The position numbers were made by a program, and so were the translations under genes. Of a stretch of 64,000 nucleotides of DNA, positions 39,345 through 53,887 are shown in pieces (position 1 is the stretch's first letter; every line of letters begins with the position of its first letter). The notes beneath the pieces are model-generated. The model was given only the letters and a program-made list of their open reading frames with translations, ran no database searches and was not told the origin of the DNA. The DNA comes from Eledone cirrhosa (Eukaryota), in assembly GCA_964016885.1 (NCBI GenBank), contig OZ024741.1, forward strand, positions 70,308,001 to 70,372,000, written 5' to 3'.

Positions 39345-39995
39345 GAAGGACTAACTTTATTCATATGTAACCCATTAGCAACCACGCAGCACGTTTATTC
39401 TCATATTTACACATATTTTTTCCCCGCTGTGACCCGTCTATTTCGTTCTTACTGCTTCCTCTTTCTCTGTACCTTTACCCTCTCTAACAGTCACTCTCTC
39501 TGTTAGCCTCTTCCTCACCCTTCACTCACTCACTCTCTGTTACTACCTCTCCTCCTTCTTCCCGTTTGACCTGTGCGTAATTCTTTTCTTTCGCACCCTT
39601 GGTCAGGCAGGTCGCTTTTTTTCTCTCTCTCGTCTACGATTTCACAGAACTTACGTTCACCGAATTCACAGACTAGATCCCTTCTTCCTCCCGTTAGACC
39701 TGTACGGAATTCCTTCCTTGCTCACATTCCAACCAGGTTTGATGGTCTTTATTCTCTCTCGTTCACGATTTCACCGAATTTATGTTCATGGAAATTTGTG
39801 ACTTGACTCCTTCTTCCTCATTTTTCGTTGCTTCACCATCTTTGTTTGTTTACACTCTCGTGTCCCCTTTATTTACGTGTCCCAACGACTTTTTTTAGCC
39901 GTTGCTCGCACCAACCGGAGGTATATGGTCTTTAAAGCGATGAAATACCAATGATGGTTGGAAGATCACTGATGAAGGACTAACTTTATTCATAT
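39343..39995 (+). mobile_element. 629-bp-period element with a terminal direct repeat, same family as 8703-9890
   Basis: ATGAAGGACTAACTTTATTCATAT occurs at 39343 and 39972, with (TA)n on both sides. Confidence 0.8.
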
Positions 39996-40054
39996 ATATA
40001 TATATATATATATTGAGATAAGCGGAGCAAGCAAGATTCAAACAATTTTAAAAA

Positions 40055-40098
<44 letters not shown>

Positions 40099-40281
40099 GA
40101 ACCAGTAAGACCCCGACGGCTGAGCTCAAGCCGTTTCGACGGCTAATTCTGAATTAGCCGTCGAAACGGCTTGAGCTCAGCCGTCGGGGTCTTACTGGTT
40201 CCTATTACCCACTCTACTACCCCAAGTATTGAGTACTTTGGTGCGTTATGGTCCTCCTGGTTCCTTACCACATTTCCTTCG

Positions 40282-40375
<94 letters not shown>

Positions 40376-40618
40376 CACACACAGAGACATATATATATAT
40401 ATATATTTTTTTTTTTTTTCAGTCTGGTCTACCTCTGGATAGAACTCAATGTAATCTTGTAAAATCCATAAAGAAGTTCTGTGTTTCGTTGAATTAATTA
40501 TTTAGATACAGAGTCAGATATTAGGTATAAAATTAACAATAAAAATAAAAACAACAAAATAAAAACAAAGTTATAATGTAACTTGACTTTGTTCTTTTTA
40601 TTTTCTTTGTTAATTTGA

Positions 40619-40673
<55 letters not shown>

Positions 40674-40684
40674 TATATATATGC

Positions 40685-40802
40685 GCAGTGTGACAAGAAG
40701 CTTGCTTCCCAACCACATGTTTCCGTGTTCAGTCTCACTGCCCGGGCCGACCAAAGCCCTGTGAGTGGGTTTGATAGACCGAAACTAAAAGAAACACGTC
40801 GT
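40685..40802 (+). mobile_element. Internally deleted tRNA-derived SINE of a second family
   Basis: AAGAAGCTTGCTTCCCAACCACATG..GTTCAGTC..CGGGCCGACCAAAGCC.TGTGAGTGG...GAAACT. It resembles octopus SINE sequences as I recall them, unverified. Confidence 0.55.
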
Positions 40803-40941
40803 ATATATGTATATATGTCTGTGTGTGTCTTTGCGTTTGTGTTTTCCCTCCCACTAATGCTTGTTGGTTTGTTGACGTCCCCATAACTTACCAAGGTGAT
40901 GCTCCGGCATGGGCGTAGTCCAGAAACATAAAAAAGGTAAA

Positions 40942-40987
<46 letters not shown>

Positions 40988-41001
40988 GGGGGGGGGGTAG
41001 A

Positions 41002-41406
41002 AGAGGGGTCTCAAACTGAAGGACATAAAAGAGCCATTACGTCCTGGAGAAGAGGCATAGTGGGCCAAACGTGGTGGTGGATGATCATTTTCACCAGTTA
41101 TAATCATTTCTACTATAGGCACAAGGCATGAAATTTAGGGTTTAGGGTCCCGTCGATTACATCAATCCCAGTTCACAACTGGTACTAAATTTATCGACCC
41201 CAAAAGGATGTAAGGCAAAGTTGAGATCGGCGGAATTTGAACTCGGAACATAAAAACGGAAGATGTACCGCTAAGCATTTCGCCAGATGTGCTAACGATT
41301 CCACCAACCACCACCTCATTTTCACCAGTTATAATGGAATCTGAAATATTGGTTCTACCACGGGCCATAGAAAAGTAGTTCGCGGGCCGCATGTTTGAGG
41401 CCCCTG
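41002..41406. mobile_element. hAT-like MITE remnant with a nested SINE
   Basis: Left end AGGGGTCTCAAAC and right end GCGGGCCGCATGTTTGAGGCCCCTG. The right end is duplicated at about 41521-41561. Confidence 0.5.
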
Positions 41407-41485
41407 TTGGAGAGATAGATAGATAGATAGATAGACGTGTACCAAACACACACACACATTTCTTACTCTCTATGTCTCCCCCCCC

Positions 41486-41520
<35 letters not shown>

Positions 41521-43253
41521 CATAGAAAAGTAGTTCGCGGGCCGCATGTTTGAGCCCCCTGTTGGAGAGATAGATAGATAGACGTGTACCAAACACACAC
41601 ACACATATTTCAAATCTCGCTTTAATAACCATAAATGTTCCTTTACGAATATTGGTAAAAAATCTTCAACTTCTCTATCTAACTTATTATGGGACTTAAA
41701 ATCCAAGAATATTAACTATTCTTTACTTTGGAAAATTATTTCCAAATCTCCTTCATACACTGCTTTATCCAAAAATTGCTCACTCTGCGTTGAAGAAATA
41801 TTCTTTATACTAAAAAGTAAGAACTCTATTAATTTGCGGAATAATTTATTTAGTTCATGTAAACATTGTTTAAACTCAACTTTTAAATATATATATAAAA
41901 TGTAATATATGATTTATCTCCTTTACATAATGTTTTCTATATCTGTATATGATTTCTATATATTTAATTTACTTTCTATTGCCTCTACGTTTATTTGACT
42001 GCTTGAAACTCCTTTAAGAAATATTTTTTATTGAAAAACTTACAGAAGGTTTTAGGAAAAATCTTTTGCTTTGAAAGATATAGAAAAACCATTATTTTCA
42101 TACCTTCCAATATTTTTATATCTTCAAATATTTTTACATTTTAATATTTTTATATCTTCAAACGTTTTTAATATATATATCCAATTGTTTATATATATGT
42201 GGAAAAACATATGTTTTTATATATAGGTTTTTTTAATATATATGTGGAATAACCTATGGTTTATGCTTTAAATATATTCTTAAGATAAAATTTTTTAACA
42301 TTTTTTAACCTTATAGCAAGTAAATTTATGACTTAGTATAAAATAACATATGGTTCATGTTTTAATTATATTCTTAAGATAAAAAATGTTTAACTTTTTA
42401 ACCTTATAACATCTAATCCTTGGAGTCATCTGAGATCTTAAAAAAATCACTTCTAACTTCCTTTACACTTCCTTACGGTTTTTATAATATAATTAAGTGG
42501 TTATTCCTTTGTAAACTCTCGTAAATTTTTCATAAATTTAGAATTATTTGGATGTTTAAATTTTGACTTACAACTTTTAATAAAATAAACTATACTAGAT
42601 TTTCTCTAATGTAAAATACTATATATTTATTTAAATAATTTATAATCCTTAACATACACATTTAAACTAATTATTAATATTAAATTAAATCTTTAATATT
42701 AAGGCAAATTTTAATCTTTAATTTTGATTTCTAATTTTTAATCTTAATCTAATTTTTCAACCTATCATTATAAGTACCTTTTCAAAACATAATGAACCCT
42801 GCATTATAAATATTATTCTTCCACGTTAATATGATCTCTTCTTTCACTTAGATATACTTACGCTGTGTATATTTATGCTTTGAAATTTATTTCTTCATGC
42901 ACTCTATCTTCACTATCAATATATATAATCGTTTTTTCTTTCCTCTTCTATCTTTCTCCTTCCTTTTTCTTTTTTCTTTTTTTCTCTCTCCCTTACATAT
43001 CATCTTCTTCCAACAGTTTAATTTAAATAAACCGTTATCTTTTCAACTATTCGGACACTCATTTGCATACTCACTCATAACTTTATATTACCCTCAATAA
43101 ATGTACTATCTCCACTATCCAGGAAGCTCCAACCGTTAAGGTTGTCTTTTTTTCTGGGTATGTCAATATTTATTTATTTATAAACCAAATCTGTATTTTA
43201 TCTGTTGAAAGCGCACCATAATTTACCTTGGTTGCCCTTGAAATATGTATAAA

Positions 43254-43383
43254 TATGGTTTTATAAATATAGTTTCCATTTATTAATATATTGTGTATTT
43301 ACCCCCCACTAAACTGTTGAGTGCTTTATATCAGTTATAAAATGTTTAAGCTTGTTGAATCCCAACAAATTAAATACAACCTC

Positions 43384-43467
<84 letters not shown>

Positions 43468-43523
43468 TATATATATATACATACATATATATATACATAC
43501 ATATATATATATATACATACATA

Positions 43524-43569
<46 letters not shown>

Positions 43570-43621
43570 TATGTATGTATATATATATATATGTATGTGT
43601 ATATATATGTATGTATGTATA

Positions 43622-43705
<84 letters not shown>

Positions 43706-43832
43706 GAGGTATTTAATTTGTTGGGATTCAACAAGCTTAAACATTTTATAACTGATATAAAGCACTCAACAGATTAGTGGGGGTAAATACACAATATATT
43801 AATAAATGGAAACTATATTTATAAAACCATAT
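43254..43832. repeat. Tail-to-tail inverted PLE-type ends enclosing a (TA)n run
   Basis: 43254-43387 is the reverse complement of about 43702-43832. Confidence 0.85.
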
Positions 43833-43845
43833 AATTATGGTGCGC

Positions 43846-43900
<55 letters not shown>

Positions 43901-44817
43901 GTTGTTATTTGACGTTGTTGAAAAGAACTGTGGCCTTTAACCCGGCAATAAAAACTGGAGACAAAATTCTTTCTGTACCAAAAACAAGGCACACACAAGT
44001 TTGTTTGTGTGTGTGTGTGTGTGTGTGCGTTAGTGTGCGCGCGCGTGTATGTGTGTGTGTGTATCTATCTATGTATATACATAAGGGATACAAATATTGT
44101 TTGTTCACTGTCACCAACCATCTCAATTCATTCGTTGCAACTTAGTTTGTGATCGAGGCACTTTATTTTGCAAGTTACTATTTTCCCCTTGAGTTTGTGA
44201 TTCAAGAGAAAGGTAAGAATTTCTTCATATTTTGCATCTTTTGTATTTTGACTTTACAGTTTGAATTGTAGATTTGTCTATCCACTCAAAATATTACAAC
44301 AGCTAACAGTGAAATATAGAATTTAAAAAAAAAAGCTTTTTCGACAGAGATCAAATCTTTGAGCACATTCACCTCTTTTTTCTTTTTTAATATATAATTT
44401 GAAATAGCTTGCTTTTGTTTTGGACTGAAACTTTTTTGTATTTCATTCGTACGAGTATTTTTTAAAGATCTTTTTTAAGATTCTAACATAACTTGATTTG
44501 GCCCAGTAATCTACTTATATCAAAATCAGTAGTATATTGAAAAATGAAAAAATAGGGTAGGGGCGTTTCGTGATTTTGAGGGGCAAAAGGGGGCGTTTGG
44601 CGAAATGGGTTGATAACCTTTGTTCTAGAAGAATGCCCTGACAAAGGCTAGGGGTCCTTCACTCCGAGTGGTTTAACCACGCGATTGGGTATCCAGCCCC
44701 ATTATTTCTATGTCCCCGCGCATATATATACATATGTATACATGTATATACATATATACATACATACATACATACATACATACATACATACATACATACA
44801 TACATACATACATACAT

Positions 44818-44890
<73 letters not shown>

Positions 44891-44990
44891 CAAGAGATGT
44901 CAACATGAATGGACCTGTAATTTTTATCTAAAGACATTTTTTCCAATTCCAACCCGCCCGTCCCCTCAATCTATTTTATTTTTCATTCTT

Positions 44991-45026
44991 TCTTCTGATG
45001 AAGGACTAGCGTCCGAAACGTTAAGA
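44991..45026 (+). ncRNA. Minimal type I hammerhead ribozyme
   Basis: UCUU CUGAUGA A-GGAC-UAGC-GUCC GAAA CG UU AAGA. Helix III (ACGU) can form only in a dimer. Confidence 0.8.
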
Positions 45027-45109
45027 CCCTCTTCCTACTATATCAAGCGTTAACCTAATATATACCTTCCAATACTGTACCGATTGTGTTGTTATTTCTG
45101 TTTACCTTT

Positions 45110-45190
<81 letters not shown>

Positions 45191-45406
45191 ATATATATAC
45201 ATATGTACATATGTAGATACATATTTACACATTTTTGGATGCATAGATACATACATACATATATACATACATACATACATACATACAAGTTGTGAAATTA
45301 TAAAACCAGAAGAACATACATACATTAGCAGGTGCACAAATTCATACATCATACTACTTGCATGTTTGCATCCATACATAAATATTTATGTATGCGTGTA
45401 AATGTG

Positions 45407-45445
<39 letters not shown>

Positions 45446-47030
45446 ATGAGAAAGCTTACATGTGCATGTACGTGTTTGTGTGCGTATGTGTTTTTATGTA
45501 TGTATGTACGTATACACACGAAGAGAGATGGAGAGAGAGAAAGAGTACCATACATACTTATGTGCGCTTGTTTGTGTGTGTGTATGTGTGTGCATGCGTG
45601 TGTATGTGTGTGTTTGTGAGTGTATGTGTTTGTGTGTGTATGTATGTGTGTGTGTATTTGTGCGTGTGTATGTGTGTATGAGTGTACGTGTGTATGTATG
45701 TGTATGTGTTCGTGCATGTGTGTATGTGTTTGTGTGTGTATGTATGTCTGTGTCTGTGTGTGTGTGTATATATGTGTGTATGTATGTGTGTCTATATGTG
45801 TGTGTATGTATGTGCGTGTGTGTATGTATGTGTGCGTGTGCGTGTGTGTGTGAGTGTGTACGCAACACATAGCCAATGATAATAAATCAGGAGCATAAAT
45901 AAGAGATAATAAATAAAGATAAGAGGAGAAAGAAACAGCTGACTTAGAAGAAGAAGAATAAGAAGAATGGAGAAGATTCTAAATATTTCTATATTCTCAT
46001 CGTAGTCCTCCCACAGAAATGTCTATAGTATCCAGCTGGAATGAATTGACCTAGACAACACTTTGGTTATATAAATGCCAACGTTGATAATGTAACCATT
46101 GAACCGGTACTGAATCAACAAACAGCTTTACTGATAAACCTTCATTGCTCATGTCTTTTCTTATATATTTGTTTCTGTTTATTTATTTATTTGGTGAAAT
46201 ACTGATAGAAATATATTGCAGCAGTAACAAAGAAACACTTTACTTAAAGACAGGCCAAACCAACACAACATATTGTTTCAAAATGCACAATGATACACAA
46301 ACATGAGCCAGTTCTGATGTCTATTACACACTCACATTGCCGAGGTTAACTTTGCCTTTCATCCTTACGAGGTCGATAAAATAAAGTACCAGTAATGTAG
46401 TGGGTAATTGCTGGCCTTGTGTCAAAAGTAGAAACAATTATATATATATATATATGAAAAGATTCAAGACTCCGACAGCTGAGCTCCGGCAGTTTCGAAA
46501 GCTAGATCCGAACTGAAGCACCAGTATTTGAGCAGCGGGAATCTAGCTCAGCCGTCGGGGCCCTGAATCTTTTCATATTACCCACTCTTCTACCCCAAGT
46601 ATCGAGTACTCTGGTATGTTATGATCCACCTGGTTTTTTTTACCACACTCTATCTGATATATATATATACACACACTGTACCCCGACATTCACAGTCCCA
46701 GTTATTCGCAGAATCTTCCTTAGAACCTAACTAATAATTATTCGTAGGAAACACCACATATTCGTGGAATTGTAAATATCTTCCGCGATTTTTTAATGGA
46801 TTTTTTCGTGGCAATATATATATTTTTAACGTTAAATTATTAATAACAATATACTGTATTGGCCGGCCTATTGGACGTCTCTCCGCATAAGATGCTTCCT
46901 CTTTTTTTATTATATTTTACGTTATATTTTGACGTTTATAGGCATGTTTATGGACCACATCCAATATTCGCGGTTTTTCATTCTTCGTGGGTGCTCTAGG
47001 AACGTAACCCTCGCGAATACCGGAGGACAA

Positions 47031-47072
<42 letters not shown>

Positions 47073-47344
47073 TCCCCCCAAAATATATACACACTTCAAT
47101 AGCACTCTAATCAAAGTGTGTATACATTTTTGGGGATACCCTGTGTATATATATTATTGGTACAAATTAAAGTTTAAGCAAAGAATTTCTGCTTTCACCC
47201 TTTATGGGGTATTCTGAAAATCATATACTTACATATATAGAATCCTTATCGAGCCCTCTTCGGATTTTGGTCTTTGTATTTATTATTACTACACACACAC
47301 ACACACGCACGCATGCATATATATATATATATACCTTATAGATA

Positions 47345-47900
47345 AACATTTTCCTGAATACCACAAATACAGACCAACCTTCATCCGACACACTGTGAAA
47401 CTTGGATATTCGTGTGCCGAAATATAAAATCCCATCTGAAACCGAAAGCCATGAACCCATCAACAGAAGGATGCTCATACGGAAACCCAGATACATTCTG
47501 CTAGATCAAAAATGCGATACAACAACACTGGTGTATAAAGCAAGGGTAACCTCTACTAATATACACCATAAAAGCGAAACAGGGTTATTTGTAGGAATGT
47601 CAGAGAGCTGGTTTAAAAACTGTTACCTCAATCACGAAATGAGATTTAGAAACCAAGACAAAAGACAATCCACGAAACTCGCACGCCATATAGGGCATGT
47701 CAAGGATTCCATTAAATAGAAAATCTGAAAGAAATCAAGACCATTCATAAACGTATCACGCCGATGTTACCTCTGTGCAGACAAATGATGAAATATTTTA
47801 AAGACTTTAGCCTCTAACAGGAAATTCCTAGATACCCGCTCCAAATTCTTCACTTACTGCCCACATGAATATAATACATCTTTAAAAAATGGTCTAGACC
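47345..47900 (+). pseudogene. PLE GIY-YIG endonuclease remnant
   Basis: KCDTTTLVYKARV...FVGMSESWFKNCYLNHEMRFRNQDKRQSTKLARHI, then RCYLCAD...LDTRSKFFTYCPH, with stops and frameshifts. Confidence 0.85.
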
Positions 47901-48319
47901 AGATTGAAACTACCCATTGATTACCGGACAAACAATAATTTGATATTAAGTATTTTAAATCTCCTCCTCCTTTAAACCTTCTAGCTTTTAATTATGTTAA
48001 CAATAATTTACCCCCCTCTTTCAATTATATTCATATATTAAGTTACCTCGCCTTCTTATTTACCCACTATATACCAGACAAAAATAATCCTTTTATACTA
48101 AGTTATTAAGCATCCCTCTTGTTACTATTTATAAATTTCTATTTATAGTTGTTTCTACTTTAGGCACAAGGCCAGCAATTTACTCCCTCCTTAATTATAA
48201 TTTTATAAATTAATATTAACATACTACCCTTACATAATTAACTTTGCCTTTTATCTATAAAGTTCTCTTCTCCTTACTATTAGAACTCTTTTGTTCTCAA
48301 TCGGAAACAGCCATTTTAT

Positions 48320-48385
48320 TCATAATTAGAAGCTGATGAAATGACTCAATCTAGTCATTGAAACGTGTGTCCTTTTTAATTATGA
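48320..48385 (+). ncRNA. Type I hammerhead in the PLE 3' pseudo-LTR
   Basis: UCAUAAUUAGAAG CUGAUGA AAUGAC-UCAAUCUA-GUCAUU GAAAC GUGU GUC CUUUUUAAUUAUGA, about 430 nt downstream of the GIY-YIG remnant on the same strand. Confidence 0.88.
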
Positions 48386-48414
48386 GTGGTTTGTAGTGTG
48401 AATTGATTATATAA

Positions 48415-48449
<35 letters not shown>

Positions 48450-48588
48450 AATATATATATCTATAGATATATATAAATATAAATATATATATCTATATAT
48501 ATATATATAAATATAAATATATCTCTCTCTATATATATATATCAATATATATATAAATAAATATAAATATATATATATATATATATAA

Positions 48589-48696
<108 letters not shown>

Positions 48697-48774
48697 GTGT
48701 GTAAATAAATATATATATATATATATATAAATATATATATATAAATATAAATATCTATATCTATATATAAATAT

Positions 48775-49281
48775 AAGTATGTATACGTATATACATATGT
48801 GTATACAGACGTACAGTAGTATGTATATATATATACATACATGCACACATATATATATATGTACGTATGGATTCACCGAACATTTATTATAATGCTCGGT
48901 GTGTTTGTAAACAAACATCCCGAATTAAGCCGTACAGTGTCTAGCAACCATCGTTGCTCATTTGTTCAACACTGACAAAGGAGCGCTGTACTAGTTTCAA
49001 GCTTATTAGCTATCATCAGCAACGAATACCTTCCTGCCAGATCGTTGAACGTCTGAAAGTATATACTTTCCTTATGCATATTGATGGCTGAGCAGCCTAA
49101 TTTTCATATCGAGTGAGTTAATCGGCCGGGGTACCGAAAACGATAAACGGAAAAAATGAAACTAAATTTCATTTCTCACTCTTAGTACGGCTGTTACTTA
49201 AATATAAGTATGTATACGTACATACATATATGTATACAGACGTACAGTAGTATGTATATATATATATACATACATGCACAC
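48775..49281 (-). mobile_element. PLE-type pseudo-LTR fragment with a direct terminal repeat and a hammerhead at 48984-49024 (-)
   Basis: About 75-bp direct repeat at 48775 and 49205. Core is CGUUG CUGAUGA UAGCUAAUAAGCUU GAAA CUAG UA CAGCG. Confidence 0.8.
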
Positions 49282-49401
49282 ACATATATATATATATATA
49301 TATAAATATATATATATAAAGATATAAATATATATATCTATATATATATATAAATATAAATATATATATAAATATAAATATATATATATATATTTATATA
49401 A

Positions 49402-49436
<35 letters not shown>

Positions 49437-49490
49437 AATATAATTATATATATGTATATATATATATATATAAATATAATTATATATATG

Positions 49491-49567
<77 letters not shown>

Positions 49568-49578
49568 TTATATATATG

Positions 49579-49610
<32 letters not shown>

Positions 49611-49884
49611 AATATAAATATATATATGTATATATATATATATATATAAATATATATATGTGTATATATATATAAATATATATATAAATATAAATATATA
49701 TATAAATATAAATATATATATATAAATATATATATATAAATATATATATAAATATATATATGTATATCTATATAAATATAAATATATATATATAAATATA
49801 AATATATGTATATCTATATATATATATATATAAATATATATAGATATATATAAATATATATCTATATATATATATATATATATA

Positions 49885-50212
49885 TCATCATCATTTCGTT
49901 TTACGTCCGCTTTTCCCTGCTTGCAAGGGTGGGACGGGAACTGATTCTGGCTTGATTTCTACAGCTGGATGCCCTTCCTAACACCAACCTCATTTACAGT
50001 GAGTGCTGGGTGCTTTTTTGCCGTGGCACCTCCACGACCACTTTGCAGTGGAATGATATGGACCCCAGTCCCTATCATCTCATTTCTACAGCTGAGTAAA
50101 CTGGAGCAATGTGAAATAAAGTGTCTTGCTCAAGGAAACAACACATCACACGGTCTGAGAATTGAACTCACAACCTTTCGATTGCAAGGCTAATGCTCTA
50201 ACCACTAAGCCA
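49885..50212 (-). mobile_element. tRNA-head SINE with CORE-like body and RTE-derived tail (second copy at about 55650-55988)
   Basis: Head GGCTTAGTGGTTAGAGC...GAGTTCAATTCTC, body CCTTGAGCAAGACACTTTATTTCAC, and tail GGTTGGTGTTAGGAAGGGCATCCA...(TGA)n shared with the LINE 3' UTR at 62494-62650. Confidence 0.8.
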
Positions 50213-50678
50213 TTATATAAATATAAATATATATCTATATATAAATATAAATATATATATCTATATATAAATATAAATATATATCTATATATAAATATAA
50301 ATATATATATCTATATCAATATAAATATATATCTAAATATAAATATATATATCTAAATCTATATATATATATAAATATAAATATATATATCTATATATAT
50401 ATATAAATATATATATATCTATATCTATATATAAATATAAATATAAATATATATATATCTATATATATATAAATATATATATAAATATATATATATATCT
50501 ATATCTATATATATATATAAATATAAATATATATATATCTATATATATATAAATATATATATAAATATCTATATATCTATATATATATAAATATATATAT
50601 AAATATATATATAAATATAAATATCTATATATCTATATATAAATATAAATATCTATATATCTATATATAAATATCTAT

Positions 50679-50795
<117 letters not shown>

Positions 50796-50796
50796 A

Positions 50797-52143
50797 GGAA
50801 GAAGCTGCCTTACACAGCTGCTACATCACTACGACTGGGTACTGAGACAACTACTAGACAGCTCACATGTAGACGTGATATATCTTGACTTTGCGAAGGC
50901 CTTTGACAAGGTCGACCACGGAATGATATGTCACAAACTACACGGACTCGGCATAACTGGAAAAGTAGGGGAGTGGCTGCATGGCTTCCTAAGGGACAGA
51001 AGCCAGGCAGTCGCAGCAAATGGGGCCCTCTCGAGGGAAACACCGATAACAAGTGGGGTGCCCCAGGGGACAGTCCTGGGACCACTACTGTTTTTAGTGG
51101 CACTCTCGGACATGCCCTCTGTGGTGCATGCAACAACATCCCTCACTAGCTATGCTGATGACACTAAGGAAGCACAGGCAATCAAAAACCCGGCTGACGC
51201 TGCCCTATTACAGCAGGATCTGGATGCCATATACAGATGGGCGGAAGAAAACAACATGCAGTTTAATGCTGGCAAATTCCAAGCCCTACAATACAAACCT
51301 GCAAACACAAACACAAATATAGCGGAACACAGCTACACAGGACCAGGAGGGACCGATATCCCCGTGTCAAAATCGATACGAGACCTGGGCATAGACATGA
51401 GCGATGATGCATCTTTTTCTTCACACATCATGAAGGTGGCGAGAACATGTAGACGATTCGCTGGCTGAATCTTGAGGACTTTCCTTACAAGAGATCGAGA
51501 CACCATGTTGACACTGTGGAGGACTTTTGTCCTAAGCCGCCTGGACTACTGCTCCCAGCTGTGGTCACCCCATAGTGTCAAACTAACCATGGAGCTTGAG
51601 GCAATCCAGCGAAGCTACACCAAGAGGATTGCCAAGATGAGGGAGACAAGCTACTGGGAGAGGCTAAAGGAACTGAACCTCTACTCCTTGGAGCGAAGAC
51701 GGGAGAGATACGCAGTGATCTACATGTGGAAAATCCTGGAGGGACTAGCACCAAACTTTGGCATTGGGAGCTGGACCAACCGTCGAACAGGACGTCACTG
51801 TGTGGTGCCAAAGGTCCCGTCTTCCACATCTAGAATAAGGAGCAGGTATTGCAATAGCCTGGGATTCAAGGGCCCTCAACTCTTCAACAGACTGCCGAGG
51901 CATCTGCGAGACTTGTATGACGTGGAGGTGGATGTCTTTAAGAAACATCTGGACACCTTGTTATCCAGGATCCCGGATGAGCCCACAGCAAGACACGAGG
52001 GAAACCTAAAGGCAGCAGCAACAAACTCCCTCCTACACCAGTGGCCAACCTATACAGGCTGGAGAGAAAATGTGTAGCAACAAGGGCGGTGCCCCAGCAT
52101 GGCCTCAGCCGGATGGCTGAAACAGGTAAAAGAGTAAAAGAGT
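50797..52143 (+). pseudogene. 5'-truncated CR1/L2/Jockey-group LINE reverse transcriptase
   Basis: [71 protein letters not shown] single in-frame TGA at 51466 splits the two ORFs. Tail is (GTAAAAGA)n and (TA)n lies on both sides. Confidence 0.92.
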
Positions 52144-52196
52144 ATATATATATATATAAATATATATATCTATATATCTATATCTATATATATATA

Positions 52197-52254
<58 letters not shown>

Positions 52255-52319
52255 TATATATAAATATATATATATATAAATATATATATAAATATATATA
52301 TAAATATATATATATATAA

Positions 52320-52364
<45 letters not shown>

Positions 52365-52416
52365 TATATAAATATATATATATATATATAAAAATATATA
52401 TATATATATATATATA

Positions 52417-52470
<54 letters not shown>

Positions 52471-52479
52471 AATATATAT

Positions 52480-52526
52480 ATTCCTGATGATTTCTAATGA
52501 ATGAAACAGTTCTAGTCCTGTAGAAT
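52480..52526 (+). ncRNA. Type I hammerhead in an island of about 130 bp between (TA)n runs
   Basis: AUUC CUGAUGA UUUC-UAAU-GAAU GAAA CAG-UUCUAGUC-CUG UA GAAU. Confidence 0.75.
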
Positions 52527-52611
52527 CTCTTCTATATTAAAACTGTTATACTCTGCTATGTATTGAGTACCTTACTTACTGTGGTTACCTCCGATTCAAC
52601 CCGGAATAACG

Positions 52612-52709
<98 letters not shown>

Positions 52710-52736
52710 TATATATAAATATATATATATATATAA

Positions 52737-52773
<37 letters not shown>

Positions 52774-52818
52774 AATATATATATAAATATATATATATAT
52801 ATAAATATATATATAAAT

Positions 52819-52889
<71 letters not shown>

Positions 52890-53164
52890 TATATAAATTT
52901 TAGTACAGCATTGCCGAAGCTTTAGTATACAGCCAAGCTAGCGTATATGCATAATCGGTCTGTAGTTTTAGCACCCGGATGAGGTAAGAACCCAGAGTAA
53001 TAACATTACGTTCAGACAGCTTAGCAAATCAGATATAGCGGTCGGCAGTCCAGCCGCATTACCAAAGCAACGAAAATACATGACGAAAATACAATAACGG
53101 CATTCCTGTCTTAACGACATCACAACTTTCTCCGCTTGGCCTGTTCCCCCCCTTTTGGAACTTT

Positions 53165-53198
53165 CCCCCGTTGATGGGCGTGAGCCCGAAATATTGGG
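53165..53198 (+). ncRNA. Degenerate hammerhead remnant
   Basis: CCCC CGUUGA U-GGGC-GUGA-GCCC GAAA UA UU GGG. The CUGAUGA box is damaged. Confidence 0.45.
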
Positions 53199-53428
53199 AT
53201 TAAATCTCCACTACGGTAACCCTTCTACCTTTGTTTTGTTTTCATCTTTGTCTCTCTCAATTTTCACTTTCACCTGTTTCTCCTATCTATCATTCACTTC
53301 CTACCTCGAGATTTCCCTCTGCATTGTTGTGGCTTTCTTAACTACGTATTTTACACATTTCACAATGCTTCAAGCAAACTTTAACACCCTCTTATATATA
53401 AATATATATATATAAATATATATATATA

Positions 53429-53460
<32 letters not shown>

Positions 53461-53473
53461 AATATATAAATAT

Positions 53474-53546
<73 letters not shown>

Positions 53547-53564
53547 TAAATATATATATATATA

Positions 53565-53630
<66 letters not shown>

Positions 53631-53687
53631 AATATAAATATATATATATATAAAAATATATATATATATAAATATATATATATAAAT

Positions 53688-53774
<87 letters not shown>

Positions 53775-53805
53775 AATATAAATATATATATATATAAAAA
53801 TATAT

Positions 53806-53887
<82 letters not shown>

